A DNA stretch of 64,000 bases from an uncultured Gammaproteobacteria bacterium (GTDB lineage Bacteria; Pseudomonadota; Gammaproteobacteria; JABCZS01). A model generated the notes under the pieces. The model had not been told where the DNA came from and did not search any database. It saw only the letters and a list, made by a program, of their open reading frames with translations. The stretch covers positions 672,001 through 736,000 of the forward strand of contig CAWKDC010000001.1 in NCBI GenBank assembly GCA_963848305.1. The letters are read 5' to 3'. The translations under genes were made by a program, and so were the position numbers. Below are positions 1 through 10,715 of the stretch, piece after piece; within the stretch, counting starts at the first letter, position 1, and every line of letters begins with the position of its first letter.

Positions 1-1088
1 GGAAATGCTGCAACAGCATTAGTCAATGCACCATCAAGCATCGAAGGCTCGCTTTCAATCTGATTTTTCTCTACCATGTTGTCATAATACTTTAGTGCAT
101 CCACCAAATTTTCATCTCGCGCTTTAGCCAGCGCTGCCGTTCTCCCAAAGTTACTGCTCACATCTGAATTGCATGTGTCTCGATAATAATTTTTGAGCAA
201 TTCAAACGTAATAGCAGAACCCACCTTCGGATAACCCATCTGTTTATAAATCTCTTCTTTGATGTCCAATATTGTTTTCAGCGGTAAAAACCGGACTTCA
301 TTTTCATTTTTAGAACGCGCCGCCATATGTTGACAATAAGCTGCTGTCAACTGCGTTACCTCTTTTGTCAAAAACGCATTCAAGCCGATCAAGCGTGCTT
401 TTTTGACGGCAGGAGTTTCATCAGGGGGTGCTGATTGCTCTAGATCCCACAGCTTGTTATAAAGTGCTTCATCTTTTTGATCTGGAAATAAGGCACACAT
501 GGTGCGTAAAAATGATGAATCTTGTTGAGTACTCTCCATTTGCCACAGTGCATTGTAAACACTGTGTTTGATTAAGACGAATGTTTTATGCGTTTTAATG
601 TTAGAAAATTGAGCCGCATCATCTAATACAGCATTGAAATCGAGTAAGCGTTGACGGTAATCAAGAGGAGTTTCATTGGGTCGTTGAGCATTTACTTCTT
701 TCCAAAGTTTAAGATATAAACGACATTTAGTGTCATAAAGTTCTTGGTTACTTGAATCTTCATTTAATAGGCTGGTCAATTCATCATTGATATCCAGCAA
801 AAATGCGATGAATAAATCTTGATCCGCTTCATTACGCTCTGTCGATTCTGAGCTCCAAAACCATGCTTGGTCAGTCTTTTTTGCATTGACCACATACTCA
901 TGTTTTAAAAAAGCATCTGAAATATGGCCCTTCCAGGTTGTATCATCCTCGTCGAGCTCCTCAAAGCCTGGAAAAATATTTTGAAGCGCTTGCCGTCTGG
1001 CTGCTATTTCCGCCTTTCTCTCTTTCAAACCCTTCGCCATACCAACCCCCTGGGCAAGCTTTGTAACTTCCAAAGCTCTTGTTAACAT
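1..1088 (-). CDS. Hypothetical helical protein, runs off the window edge; effector-like
   Basis: Manual translation from ATG at 1088 (MLTRALEVTKLAQGVGMAKGLKERKAEIAARRQ...) stays open to position 1. Missing from the ORF track because the stop lies outside the window. No family recognised. Confidence 0.8.
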   Translation of the reverse strand, partial: MLTRALEVTKLAQGVGMAKGLKERKAEIAARRQALQNIFPGFEELDEDDTTWKGHISDAFLKHEYVVNAKKTDQAWFWSSESTERNEADQDLFIAFLLDINDELTSLLNEDSSNQELYDTKCRLYLKLWKEVNAQRPNETPLDYRQRLLDFNAVLDDAAQFSNIKTHKTFVLIKHSVYNALWQMESTQQDSSFLRTMCALFPDQKDEALYNKLWDLEQSAPPDETPAVKKARLIGLNAFLTKEVTQLTAAYCQHMAARSKNENEVRFLPLKTILDIKEEIYKQMGYPKVGSAITFELLKNYYRDTCNSDVSSNFGRTAALAKARDENLVDALKYYDNMVEKNQIESEPSMLDGALTNAVAAF

Positions 1089-1160
1089 CATAGCTCATTA
1101 TCGAAGAAGTGTACAAGCACCCCTTTTCAGCATCCTTTAAAATCATTATGATACTGAACT

Positions 1161-1943
1161 ATGAACAAGTATGAATCTGACAAACTCGCCAAACGTCTCC
1201 GCCGCCTGACCGGGCAGGCCATCGACGACTTTAACATGATTAATGCCGGTGATAAAGTCATGGTATGCCTGTCTGGAGGAAAGGATTCTTATACCTTATT
1301 GAACATCCTCCGATCGCTTAAGCCCCACGCCCCCATTGATTTTGATATCCATGTGGCCCATCTTGACCAAAAGCAGCCCGGCTATCCGGCCCATATCTTG
1401 CCCGACTACTTAGACAGTATTGGCTTGCCCTATACCATCATGGAAAGAGATACCTATAGCGTTGTTAAGCGACTGATTCCTGAAGGAAAAACCACCTGCA
1501 GCCTCTGTTCCCGCTTACGGCGTGGCAATCTGTATACCCTGGCTGAAGAAATTGGTGCGACCAAAATAGCATTGGGACATCATCGGGACGACATCATGGA
1601 GACTTTTTTCCTCAATTTATTTTTCGGCGGCACCCTGAAAGCCATGCCGCCAAAGCTCTTGAGCGACGATGGGAAGCATATCGTCATTCGTCCTCTGGCG
1701 TACTGTAAGGAAAAGGATATTGCCCGTTATGCAGAGATTCAGGCCTTTCCCATTATTCCATGCGATTTATGCGGCTCTCAGCCCAATCTTCAGCGCACTC
1801 AAATGAAGGAGATGATGAAGGGGTGGGAAAAGACACATCCCGGTCGTGTGGAAACCGTGTTTAATGCCTTGCAGCAAATTGCCCCTTCACAGCTCATGGA
1901 CAGAAACTTATTTGATTTCAATGCACTAAAAGATCTTAAATAG
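1161..1943 (+). CDS. ttcA: tRNA 2-thiocytidine(32) synthetase TtcA
   Basis: PP-loop [26 protein letters not shown]. Confidence 0.96.
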   Translation: MNKYESDKLAKRLRRLTGQAIDDFNMINAGDKVMVCLSGGKDSYTLLNILRSLKPHAPIDFDIHVAHLDQKQPGYPAHILPDYLDSIGLPYTIMERDTYSVVKRLIPEGKTTCSLCSRLRRGNLYTLAEEIGATKIALGHHRDDIMETFFLNLFFGGTLKAMPPKLLSDDGKHIVIRPLAYCKEKDIARYAEIQAFPIIPCDLCGSQPNLQRTQMKEMMKGWEKTHPGRVETVFNALQQIAPSQLMDRNLFDFNALKDLK

Positions 1944-2021
1944 GACTGATTTCGTACTTTATATTTCTGTATCATCTATGATATGATGTTGCTTCTCTCC
2001 TGTTTCACAAAGAGGTTCATT

Positions 2022-2624
2022 ATGTCAGTACTTGTCGGCCGCAAAGCCCCCGATTTCACCGTCCCAGCCGTTCGTAACGGTCAACTGGTAGACAACTTTC
2101 ATTTTTACGATGCCATCAAAGGCAAATACGCCTTGGTTTTCTTTTATCCCCTTGACTTCACCTTCGTGTGCCCTTCAGAATTGATCGCGCTCGACAAACG
2201 CATGGATGCTTTCCGTGAACGTAACGTTGAAGTCGTTGCCGTGTCGATCGATTCACATTACACACATCATGCGTGAACCAACACAGCCATCAATGAAGGT
2301 GGGATCGGCAAAGTGTCTTACACCATTGCTGCTGACATGGCTCACAAAATCATGCAAGCATATGGCGTTGAACATCCTGATGCGAATGTGGCTTTCCGTG
2401 CTGCATTCATCATCGACAAAAACGGCAATGTCCGCTCACAAATCGTGAATGATTTGCCGATCGGCCGTAACATCGAAGAAATTTTACGTCTGTTTGATGC
2501 CGTACAATTTCATGCTGAACACGGTGAAGTCTGCCCCGCTGGTTGGAAGCAAGGTGACGAAGGCATGAAAGCCTCTCCTGAAGGCGTGAAAAAATATCTT
2601 GCCACAAACGAAGCAAATCTGTAA
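2022..2624 (+). CDS. ahpC: 2-Cys peroxiredoxin (AhpC/Tsa) with in-frame TGA at 2274-2276 where a conserved Trp is expected; probable sequence error
   Basis: FYPLDFTFVCPSE and GEVCPAGW motifs; both ORF halves are in the same frame (HHA*TNTAINEGGIG). Confidence 0.92.
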
Positions 2625-2678
2625 TATTGATTGCAGCGAACTGAAGGATCAGTGTGGTGCAAAATAGTATTCAACTAG

Positions 2679-2708
2679 AAAGCCCCGTTACTTAACGGGG
2701 TTTTTTTT
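2679..2708 (+). terminator. Rho-independent terminator
   Basis: gccccgtta-ct-taacggggt stem followed by a T tract, downstream of the peroxiredoxin. Confidence 0.85.
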
Positions 2709-2761
2709 GCTACTTGTTTAATGGTTCGAATGGATGTCGCTGTATTTGATATTAAGGAGTT

Positions 2762-4089
2762 ATGATGAAAAAATCTTTGGTTCTACTTTCTCTCGCCTCT
2801 CTTGCTTTCTCTCCCGCTGTCCTCGCCGCTACAACAAAAAGCACAGCATCAGAAATCGCGGCGCTTCAAAAGCGTGTCGCAGAACTTGAAAAAGAAGATT
2901 TGGGATCCACACGTGCATTGGGCATTGGCAATAAAGAAGTATTTGGTATTGGTTCTGATCAATACAATGAAGTGCTCTATATTAACGACTTTGGCGTGAA
3001 CACAGATCTGAATTTATTACATCAACGCCGCTTTGTGCATCAATATTTTGGTGGGTTTGAACATGCACCCCGTATCATGTTAAGCGGTAATGTCTCCGGC
3101 ACAATTGGCGCACACAGTGAACCACTGCATATCGATCTCGGTGAAGGCGAACAATACATGAAGGCGGAGGCTGAGGTGGATGTTGTCGGTTACGCAAACG
3201 AAGATTGGCTGGCGTATTTTGAACTCAATGCGAATGCATTCGGTGATGACACAGATCTTGGTATTCAGCAAGGGTTTGTCACTTACGGTAACTTGGAAAA
3301 AGTGCCAGTTTATCTCACGATGGGTTACCAATACTTGCCTTTCGGTTCGTTCACCACCGCATTCATCACCAACACTTTAGTGCGTGACATGGGGCGCATT
3401 CAGGCGCCAGGCGCTGTCTTCGGGTATGTGTTTACACAAGATCAATTTAACTTTAACACATCACTGTTCTGGTATGATGGTCGTACACAAATCACTGATG
3501 ATCATCAGCTGAATCAATACGGTGTGAACGCACAAATGCGTCAAGAAAAATATGGCCAAAGAAAGACATGTCCGTGACGCTGGGCGTCAGCGCCGTGAAT
3601 AACATGGCAAGCTCAAATGGTATCGCAGCATTTGCAACAGATGAAGAACTTGAGTTTTACGTTCCTGCGGTAGACATTCGATTTCAATTTGACAAAGGCG
3701 ATTTCACATTCCTGAGTGAATATTTGCAAGCCGCACGCTCCTTCAGCAAGGAAGATTTCACGCAGTATACAACTGGCCATCAACCTGGCGATGTAACACC
3801 TGAGTCTGCACACTTCGAGGCAGGATACAGCTTCCCTGTGTTATCGATGAATACACAATTATCCGTTGCGTATGACCAAACACACGATGGGCTGGCATTT
3901 GAATTGCCCCGTGAACAATATGGCGCTTCATACCAGTTGGCACCGTACACGAATACCTATATTACTTTTGAATACTTGCACAAAGTGGATTATGGAACAC
4001 GTTACATGGCGACCAACGACACTGGCACTGTTCATGGAACAGGGAACCAGGATAATGAGGTGATATTGCAGGTTAATGTGTATTTCTAA
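2762..4089 (+). CDS. Outer-membrane beta-barrel protein, LbtU-like porin; frameshift near 3555
   Basis: Signal peptide, short coiled coil, YLPFGSF..F.T..L...G motif, C-terminal Phe (QVNVYF). One added C at ggcc 3554-3557 joins the two ORFs. Confidence 0.65.
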
Positions 4090-4092
4090 ACA

Positions 4093-4305
4093 GGTTGGAT
4101 CCCGGATAAACGCTTCGCGTTTTCCGGGATGACGAGATCAGAAGGACAACTCGTCATTCCGGGCGCGCTTCTTTCTTCATTTCGTCATCCCGGGCGCGCG
4201 CAGCGCGAACCCGGGATCCAGTTGGATCCCGGATAAACGCTTCGCGTTTTCCGGGATGACGAGATCAAAGAAGCAGCACATTCCCGGGATGACGAGATCA
4301 AAGAA
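4093..4305. repeat. Cluster of CGTC-type REP palindromes between convergent genes
   Basis: gttggatcccggataaacgcttcgcgttttccgggatgacgagatca at 4093 and 4221; inverted partner cgtcatcccgggcgcgcgcagcgcgaacccgggatcca at 4183; partial copies at 4152 and 4281. Confidence 0.85.
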
Positions 4306-6292
4306 ACAGATAACAACGAACATCAACACCACCCACTTCAATCACAGGGGGATATGAAACGCGGCATTTATCCATCGCAAAAGGACAGCGGGGATGATAA
4401 TGACAGCCCACCGGGGGATGGCTGGGGGAAGGTAATTCACCAGTGGGCACAATCGACGTATCCAATGTCTTACCCAACGCTGGGACGGCAGCCAATAAAG
4501 CTTGTGTGTAAGGATGTTTTGGATCTGTCATGATCGTTTCGACTGATCCCCGCTCAACAATTTTGCCTAAATACATCACCGCCATTTGATCGGCCATATA
4601 TCCGACCAATGCAATATTGTGTGTGATGAAAATGTAAGCCAGATCGCGCGTCTCTTGTAAATCTTTCAACAATCTCACAATCTGCGCTTGAACAGATACA
4701 TCCAACGCGCTGGTCGGTTCATCACAAATCACCAGCTTAGGTTCAACAGACAACGCGCGTGCAATTGCAATTCGTTGACGCTGGCCACCAGAAAATTCAT
4801 GAGGATATCGATCTAGCGTATCCTCGGGCAAACCAACTTGCAATAATAATTCTTGGAGTTTACGCGCACGCATACGCGGATCACGATACATGCCTTGCGC
4901 ATCCCACCCTTCTGACAAAATCGAACGGATCGCCATGCGGGGATTCAATGAGCCATAAGGATCTTGGAAGACAACTTGAATATAACGGCGTGCGGCTTGT
5001 AAAGCCTGTTGAGACATGTCATGCATATTTTCGCCATTGAATACCACATCACCTGAGGCATAGGGGCTTAAACGCAATAATGCATTCGCCAATGATGATT
5101 TACCACAACCAGATTCACCCACAATCGCCAAAGTTTGACCAGTAGAGAGTTGAAAGCTGATATCATCGACTGCTTTGATATATCCGACGGTGCGTTTTAA
5201 AAATCCTGATTGAATGGGATAATGCATCTTCAAGTGTTTCACATCTAACAGCAATTGTTTCTTTTTTAATTTCTGCTTGACAGATTCCAACGAGATCTTG
5301 ACTTCATGCGCGATGGGCGGATTGGGTGCACTATAAAGATGGCAACGAACATCCGAACCCTCAGCATCAAGCAATGCCGGCTCCACCGTGTCGCACAAAG
5401 ACCACTTGAATGGACAACGTGGCGCGAATCGACATCCTTGAATAGGCAATGTTAAATCAGGCGCTTGCCCGGCGATGGCGACGAGTGATTCATGTCGATT
5501 GGATAAGCTCGGCAACGAGGCCAATAGTTTTTGGCTATAGGGATGTTTTGGTTGTTTAAAAAAAGCGTCTCGTGAAGCCATTTCTACAATTTGCCCCGCA
5601 TACATGACCGCAACAGTATCAGCAATTTCAGAGACAACAGCAAAATCATGTGTGATCATCAAAATCGCCATAGAGCGGTTTTGTTTGAGTGATGCAATCA
5701 AACGCAATACTTGGGCTTGAATCGTGACATCAAGTGCGGTCGTGGGTTCATCAGCTATTAATACTTGTGGGTGCGTAGATAACGCCATAGCAATCATCAC
5801 CCGTTGTTTCATCCCACCAGATAATTGATGAGGATAATCATGCATTCGAATATTGGCCTCACCAATGCCCACAGCATCCAACAATTCTACAGTTTTTTTC
5901 AGACGTTCTTTTTGGGATAATGATGTATGCAACGCCAAACATTCCATGATTTGATCGCCCACTGTCATGACAGGATTCAATGATGTCATGGGTTCCTGAA
6001 AAATCATGGCAATTTTTTTGCCGCGGATTTTTTGTAACGCGATATCAGGTAAATCCAGCAAAGACTCGTCGCACAATGAAACACAACTGTCTTGACCATA
6101 TTCGGCATCTGTGATCAATTGCATGATGGCTTGTGCCGTGAGCGATTTGCCAGAACCAGATTCGCCTACCAAACAAAATATTTCACCCTCTTGAATGGAG
6201 AAATTTAAATCCTGCAGGGCGTGCAATGTTTTCTCTTGCCTGGGAATATTCACTGTCAATTGTGAAATGGTTAACACAGGGTTACTCATCAT
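4298..6292 (-). CDS. Peptide/nickel ABC transporter ATP-binding protein with two fused ATPase domains
   Basis: GESGSGKS and GESGCGKS Walker A motifs, LSGG/FSGG signatures, C-terminal Cys clusters. Confidence 0.93.
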   Translation of the reverse strand: MMSNPVLTISQLTVNIPRQEKTLHALQDLNFSIQEGEIFCLVGESGSGKSLTAQAIMQLITDAEYGQDSCVSLCDESLLDLPDIALQKIRGKKIAMIFQEPMTSLNPVMTVGDQIMECLALHTSLSQKERLKKTVELLDAVGIGEANIRMHDYPHQLSGGMKQRVMIAMALSTHPQVLIADEPTTALDVTIQAQVLRLIASLKQNRSMAILMITHDFAVVSEIADTVAVMYAGQIVEMASRDAFFKQPKHPYSQKLLASLPSLSNRHESLVAIAGQAPDLTLPIQGCRFAPRCPFKWSLCDTVEPALLDAEGSDVRCHLYSAPNPPIAHEVKISLESVKQKLKKKQLLLDVKHLKMHYPIQSGFLKRTVGYIKAVDDISFQLSTGQTLAIVGESGCGKSSLANALLRLSPYASGDVVFNGENMHDMSQQALQAARRYIQVVFQDPYGSLNPRMAIRSILSEGWDAQGMYRDPRMRARKLQELLLQVGLPEDTLDRYPHEFSGGQRQRIAIARALSVEPKLVICDEPTSALDVSVQAQIVRLLKDLQETRDLAYIFITHNIALVGYMADQMAVMYLGKIVERGSVETIMTDPKHPYTQALLAAVPALGKTLDTSIVPTGELPSPSHPPVGCHYHPRCPFAMDKCRVSYPPVIEVGGVDVRCYLFL

Positions 6293-7646
6293 TCACCTGC
6301 CTGCCTCGGGGATCAAATGCTTTTTGTACCACATCCGCAAACAAATTGGCCGGTAAGACCAACACCAACATGAACACAAATGCACCCAACAAAGACCACC
6401 ACACAACAGGCTCTCTCGCCAACTCTTGGCGCGCAGCATTGATCATGTTGCCCCAGCTGTAAGTGGAAGGATCTACACCCACGCCGACATACGATAACAC
6501 AGCCTCTGCCAACACCAATCCAGAAAAATCAAGTGTGATGGTGATGAAAATGATATGCATCAGGTTTGGTAAAATATGTCGTTTTAGAATATTGAGTGGT
6601 TTTGTACCCAGTGCGATGGCCGCTTTCACATAATCTTGCTCACGTAATTTTAATGTTTCACCGCGAACCAATCGACACAAGGATGTCCAGCTGGTCACAC
6701 CTAAAATTGCACACAATGCCAGCAAACGTAAATCCGCGCGCATCTCACTCGTTGAAAAATAATGCGCATTATTTTCGATCAAAATTTCCAGCATCAACAC
6801 AGAAGCTGCGATCAGTAACACATTAGGGATAGCATTGAGCACTGTATAAACATATTGAATCACGTCATCAGCCCAGCCTCTGAAATATCCCGCCAACATC
6901 CCGAACAATAAAGCCAGCGGTAATAGCACCAGCGTCGTTAAGGTACCAATAAGCACGCCCGTGCGTATGCCTTTAACGCTTTGGTAAAATACATCCTCAC
7001 CGACTTTGTCTGTGCCTAAAATATGATAGCCTTTTGAAAGACTCCAAATCATTCCAATGACGACGCAGACAAGACCCAGGGTGATAATCAACGTTGGCCA
7101 TTGGAAAGTATATTTGGTGGAGTGTATGAACTTCTGTTTAGGAACAAATATCAGCAAAACGCAACATGCCATCAGCCACACAAGGCTCCCAGCAAAAGCG
7201 CCGATAGCCAAACGTTTGGCAATGTCCCAACGCATCTCGCGCTCGCCTGATACAATGCCGGATGATACGTAATTCAGTGGTGCTTTCACCATATTGACAA
7301 GGCCTTCTGGTGTATGTACGGGTGAAGGCAAATAAGCATGTGTGGCAAAAGGATAGGAATAACTGGTTTCCATTTGATGATTCAGGGGCGACATCGCCAT
7401 ATCCAACACCGATTCAATGCGATTTTCTGCATTGGCATTTTTGAAGTGAATGGAATCAAGCCCAGTGATAGTGATAAAAAACAATAACACCACACCGGTG
7501 CTAACAGCAATTTTGGATGTGCCTACATAGTACCATGCTGCCATGACATACTTTTGTTTTGGCAATACAAATGACAGGAGCAGCGTAGCCACCAAACCCC
7601 AAAAAATTAAATCTGACCAAAACCATGTCCAATGTTCCATCATCAA
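6282..7646 (-). CDS. Peptide ABC transporter permease (OppC/DppC-like)
   Basis: HILGTDKVG, EAA-like loop DYVKAAIALG, HILPN, multiple TM segments. Confidence 0.9.
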   Translation of the reverse strand: MMMEHWTWFWSDLIFWGLVATLLLSFVLPKQKYVMAAWYYVGTSKIAVSTGVVLLFFITITGLDSIHFKNANAENRIESVLDMAMSPLNHQMETSYSYPFATHAYLPSPVHTPEGLVNMVKAPLNYVSSGIVSGEREMRWDIAKRLAIGAFAGSLVWLMACCVLLIFVPKQKFIHSTKYTFQWPTLIITLGLVCVVIGMIWSLSKGYHILGTDKVGEDVFYQSVKGIRTGVLIGTLTTLVLLPLALLFGMLAGYFRGWADDVIQYVYTVLNAIPNVLLIAASVLMLEILIENNAHYFSTSEMRADLRLLALCAILGVTSWTSLCRLVRGETLKLREQDYVKAAIALGTKPLNILKRHILPNLMHIIFITITLDFSGLVLAEAVLSYVGVGVDPSTYSWGNMINAARQELAREPVVWWSLLGAFVFMLVLVLPANLFADVVQKAFDPRGRQVNDE

Positions 7647-8620
7647 CTTAACCTTACCCTGGGATCAACCCACATATATGAAATGTCTGTCAGGACTAAA
7701 CCCACGATGTATAAAAAAGACCCCAAATAAACCATGCTTCTAACGATAGCGAAATCTTGGCTACGGATGGCATCAATCATATAGCTGCCCAATCCTGGTA
7801 TGCCAAAAAAGGATTCGAGCAATAAGCTGCCTAAAAATAAACCTGGGATCAACACGACCACACCCGTGAGGATCGGGATCATCGCATTCTTGAGAACATG
7901 TTTGAATAAAATCGCCATGTCAGACAAACCCTTTGCTTTTGCAGTTCTCACATAATCTTTATGTACTTCTTCTAATAATAAACTCCGATACCATCGTGCA
8001 CCGGATCCAATGCCTGCAATCACGCTGATCAAGACGGGCAATAAAATAAATTTAATGGCAATGGGCCCTTCCTGAAAACCTGAAATCGGCACCCATTTTA
8101 ATATTTTTCCGATAAAATATTGGCCAGCAATAATAAAAAACAAACTAGAAATAGACAACATGAACACAGACAGCGTCACGCCCCATCGCTCTAAATAAGA
8201 ATGCCTGAAAAACACCAAAATCAATGCAATGGCAATATTCACGGACAACCCGAATATCAAACATGGAACGGCAACATAGAAGCTTGGCCACATACGCTCT
8301 TTGATATCTTGTGTGATATCACGTCCGGCATCAGACGGACCAAAATCAAACATGAATAATTTGATGGATTTTTCAAAAAATAAAGTTTGCGTCAACTTGT
8401 TAATACCCTTTTCTTGAGAATTCAGGAAAATCGGTTTGTCGTATCCATGCGTTTCGATCCACTGCTGAACAGCTTCAGGGGTTGTGTATTTATCACCCAG
8501 TTGAATCATGGCCATGTCTCTAGGAGAATTGACGACAAAAAACAGCACGAACGTCACGAAGTTCACCCCGATCAAAATGGGGATTGCATATAATATTCTT
8601 CGGAGGATATAAGCAATCAT
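7643..8620 (-). CDS. Peptide ABC transporter permease (OppB/DppB-like)
   Basis: YILRR N-terminus, DYVRTAKAKGL, DPRVR C-terminus. Confidence 0.92.
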   Translation of the reverse strand: MIAYILRRILYAIPILIGVNFVTFVLFFVVNSPRDMAMIQLGDKYTTPEAVQQWIETHGYDKPIFLNSQEKGINKLTQTLFFEKSIKLFMFDFGPSDAGRDITQDIKERMWPSFYVAVPCLIFGLSVNIAIALILVFFRHSYLERWGVTLSVFMLSISSLFFIIAGQYFIGKILKWVPISGFQEGPIAIKFILLPVLISVIAGIGSGARWYRSLLLEEVHKDYVRTAKAKGLSDMAILFKHVLKNAMIPILTGVVVLIPGLFLGSLLLESFFGIPGLGSYMIDAIRSQDFAIVRSMVYLGSFLYIVGLVLTDISYMWVDPRVRLS

Positions 8621-10700
8621 GTTTTTTTAATTCTCCTCGCATGTTGTGTTCGTTCACGTTTGATGTATTCTCGAAGCACGGGTACAATCGCTCCGATCAA
8701 TATCAATAGTACTAGTAAAGCTGGCCAAAACGTAGGCCTGTTTTCGGCATTCTGCATTTTGATACGTTCTTTCGCATCAATGGTTTGATATTTCAGTGTG
8801 TTGCCCGCCATCCCACTCACCACCACGTTACCATACCAAGGTTGTTTCAATAAAATGGATTGTGGGAAATATCCCCAGACCATGGGAGCATCTTTTTGAA
8901 TAATGGCATTCATTTCTTTGATCATGTTCAGACGTTCTGGTGAGTTTTCTGTTTTACGCATGTCTTGGAACAATGCATTAAACCTTTCATTGTTATAATT
9001 GGTGCTATTCACACCACTAAAATCTTTTTTTCCATTTTGTCCATACAGTATCATGAGAAAATTTTCAGGATCAGGGTAATCTCCTATCCAGCCCAATCCA
9101 AAAAATTGTGCATAGCCCTTTTCCAATTTTTGGCGAAAACGATTGTAATCGGTCAGACGCACATTTAAATTGATACCGATTTTTGCAAATTGTTTTCGCA
9201 TCCATGAAAAGCGGGATTTCTCCCCTGGATCACCTTGGCTTGATGCATCATAATGAATGACCAAAGGTTGTCCTGTGCTGGGATCGATACCGTTGGGATA
9301 GCCTGCATCGTGCATAAGCTGCTTGGCATATGCAATCGAACGTCGCTTAAGTTGCCCATTTTTCCATTCATACACATAGGGATTGATGCCGGCTGGCGGT
9401 GCTTCATAACCGTACATGCCTGGGGGAATGAGGCTTTGTGCTGGCGTGGCACGTTCATTGAGAAAAATGCTGATATATTCTTCTGTGTCGATCGCAATCG
9501 AAATCGCTTGTCGTAACTTTTGAGCCCGTTCACTGTCCCCGCCAACCACATCATCTAACATATTAAATCCCCAATAAAAATCGGCGATTCGAATTTCAGA
9601 GAGGAGTGAAATCCCCATTTGGTCGAGTTTGGGCGTGATCGTCGCCTGCCCTCCACCGGATTGGATAGCCTGGTCATAGTTATCTGATGTCAGTCCTGAA
9701 GCATCATAATATCCCTGCAAAAATTTATTCCAGCGGGGAATGGTTTCTTTTTCCAAAGTTAGAATCGCTGTGTCTATGAATGGCATGCGCTTACCTTGAA
9801 ATAATTCGCCATGAAAATTGGGGTTTTTCTGTAAAACCATACGCCGATTCGGGTTGTTTTCGGTCAGGTAAAATGGCCGATCCCTACGGGGAACCAATCT
9901 AACACAATATTTTTTTCAACAAGAAGTGGATTACTGTAAAATGCGTCTGCCTCCCAAGGCATGGGCGCAAAGAAAGGCATCGCTAGCCAATAAGGGAATT
10001 GTAAATATTTACCGTTGATTAAAATGTGATAATGTGTATCATCGATGGCCTCTGCCCCCTCAAAAGGTAGAGCAGGATCCCAGTGTTCGTGCAATGCTTG
10101 AAGACCCACAATGTATTCTTTCATGAACCCATAAATGGGAGAATTAATCTGAGGACTGGCCAATCGCTTTATTTCATACACAAAATCATCCGCAGTCACA
10201 ACACGCGTCCCTGAGAATTCAAAATCATATAATGTTTTGATATTTTTGGTATCGGCCGTTGTTAAATGATGATAACGGTATTCGCCTTGTTCATTTTTGG
10301 CAAAAGCGGGATGAGGTTGATATTGCATACCCGGCAATATTTCAATCTCATACCGTGTGAACGCGACTTCATCATGGGCTGCATTTTTGGGTAATGGCTG
10401 TTTGTTCTTATCTAAAAAAGTAACCTTTGGCATCTGTGCAGCAGCCAAAGGGATCAACTCATAAGGGCGTTTCAGATAATCGTATTGGAGTGGAGGCTCG
10501 TAAATTTGTTCAATGATGGATGATTCGTCGCTGGAATAAACCCGAGCAGGATCTAAAAAGCGTGGCCGCTCACTGAACGATGAAAAATAAATATTACTTT
10601 CACGTTCCGTTTTGGAATAAGGGCTGTTGGGCGTACCATCACATCCTGTTAGGAGGTTTATCAGCAGTGTCATTAAGATTAAAATGTTGATGCCACGCAA
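8617..10700 (-). CDS. Peptide ABC transporter substrate-binding lipoprotein (family 5); frameshift near 9876
   Basis: Lipobox LTGC, LDPA, DYPDPENFL. The PVGxGPFY motif is split at ggcc 9875-9878. Confidence 0.88.
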
Positions 10701-10715
10701 TGTTCAGACTTCCTA

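Noticed and set aside
961-1146. 61-aa ORF from the track
   Set aside because: Out-of-frame overlap with the much longer ORF starting at 1088.
2274-2276. TGA reassigned to Trp, or selenocysteine, in the peroxiredoxin
   Set aside because: TGA ends many genes here (hemL, lon, pcnB) and TGG encodes Trp throughout. The position is a Trp, not a Cys, and it fits the GGACC error pattern.
4093-4305. CRISPR array
   Set aside because: Units are inverted and irregularly spaced, there are no uniform unique spacers, and no cas genes are present.
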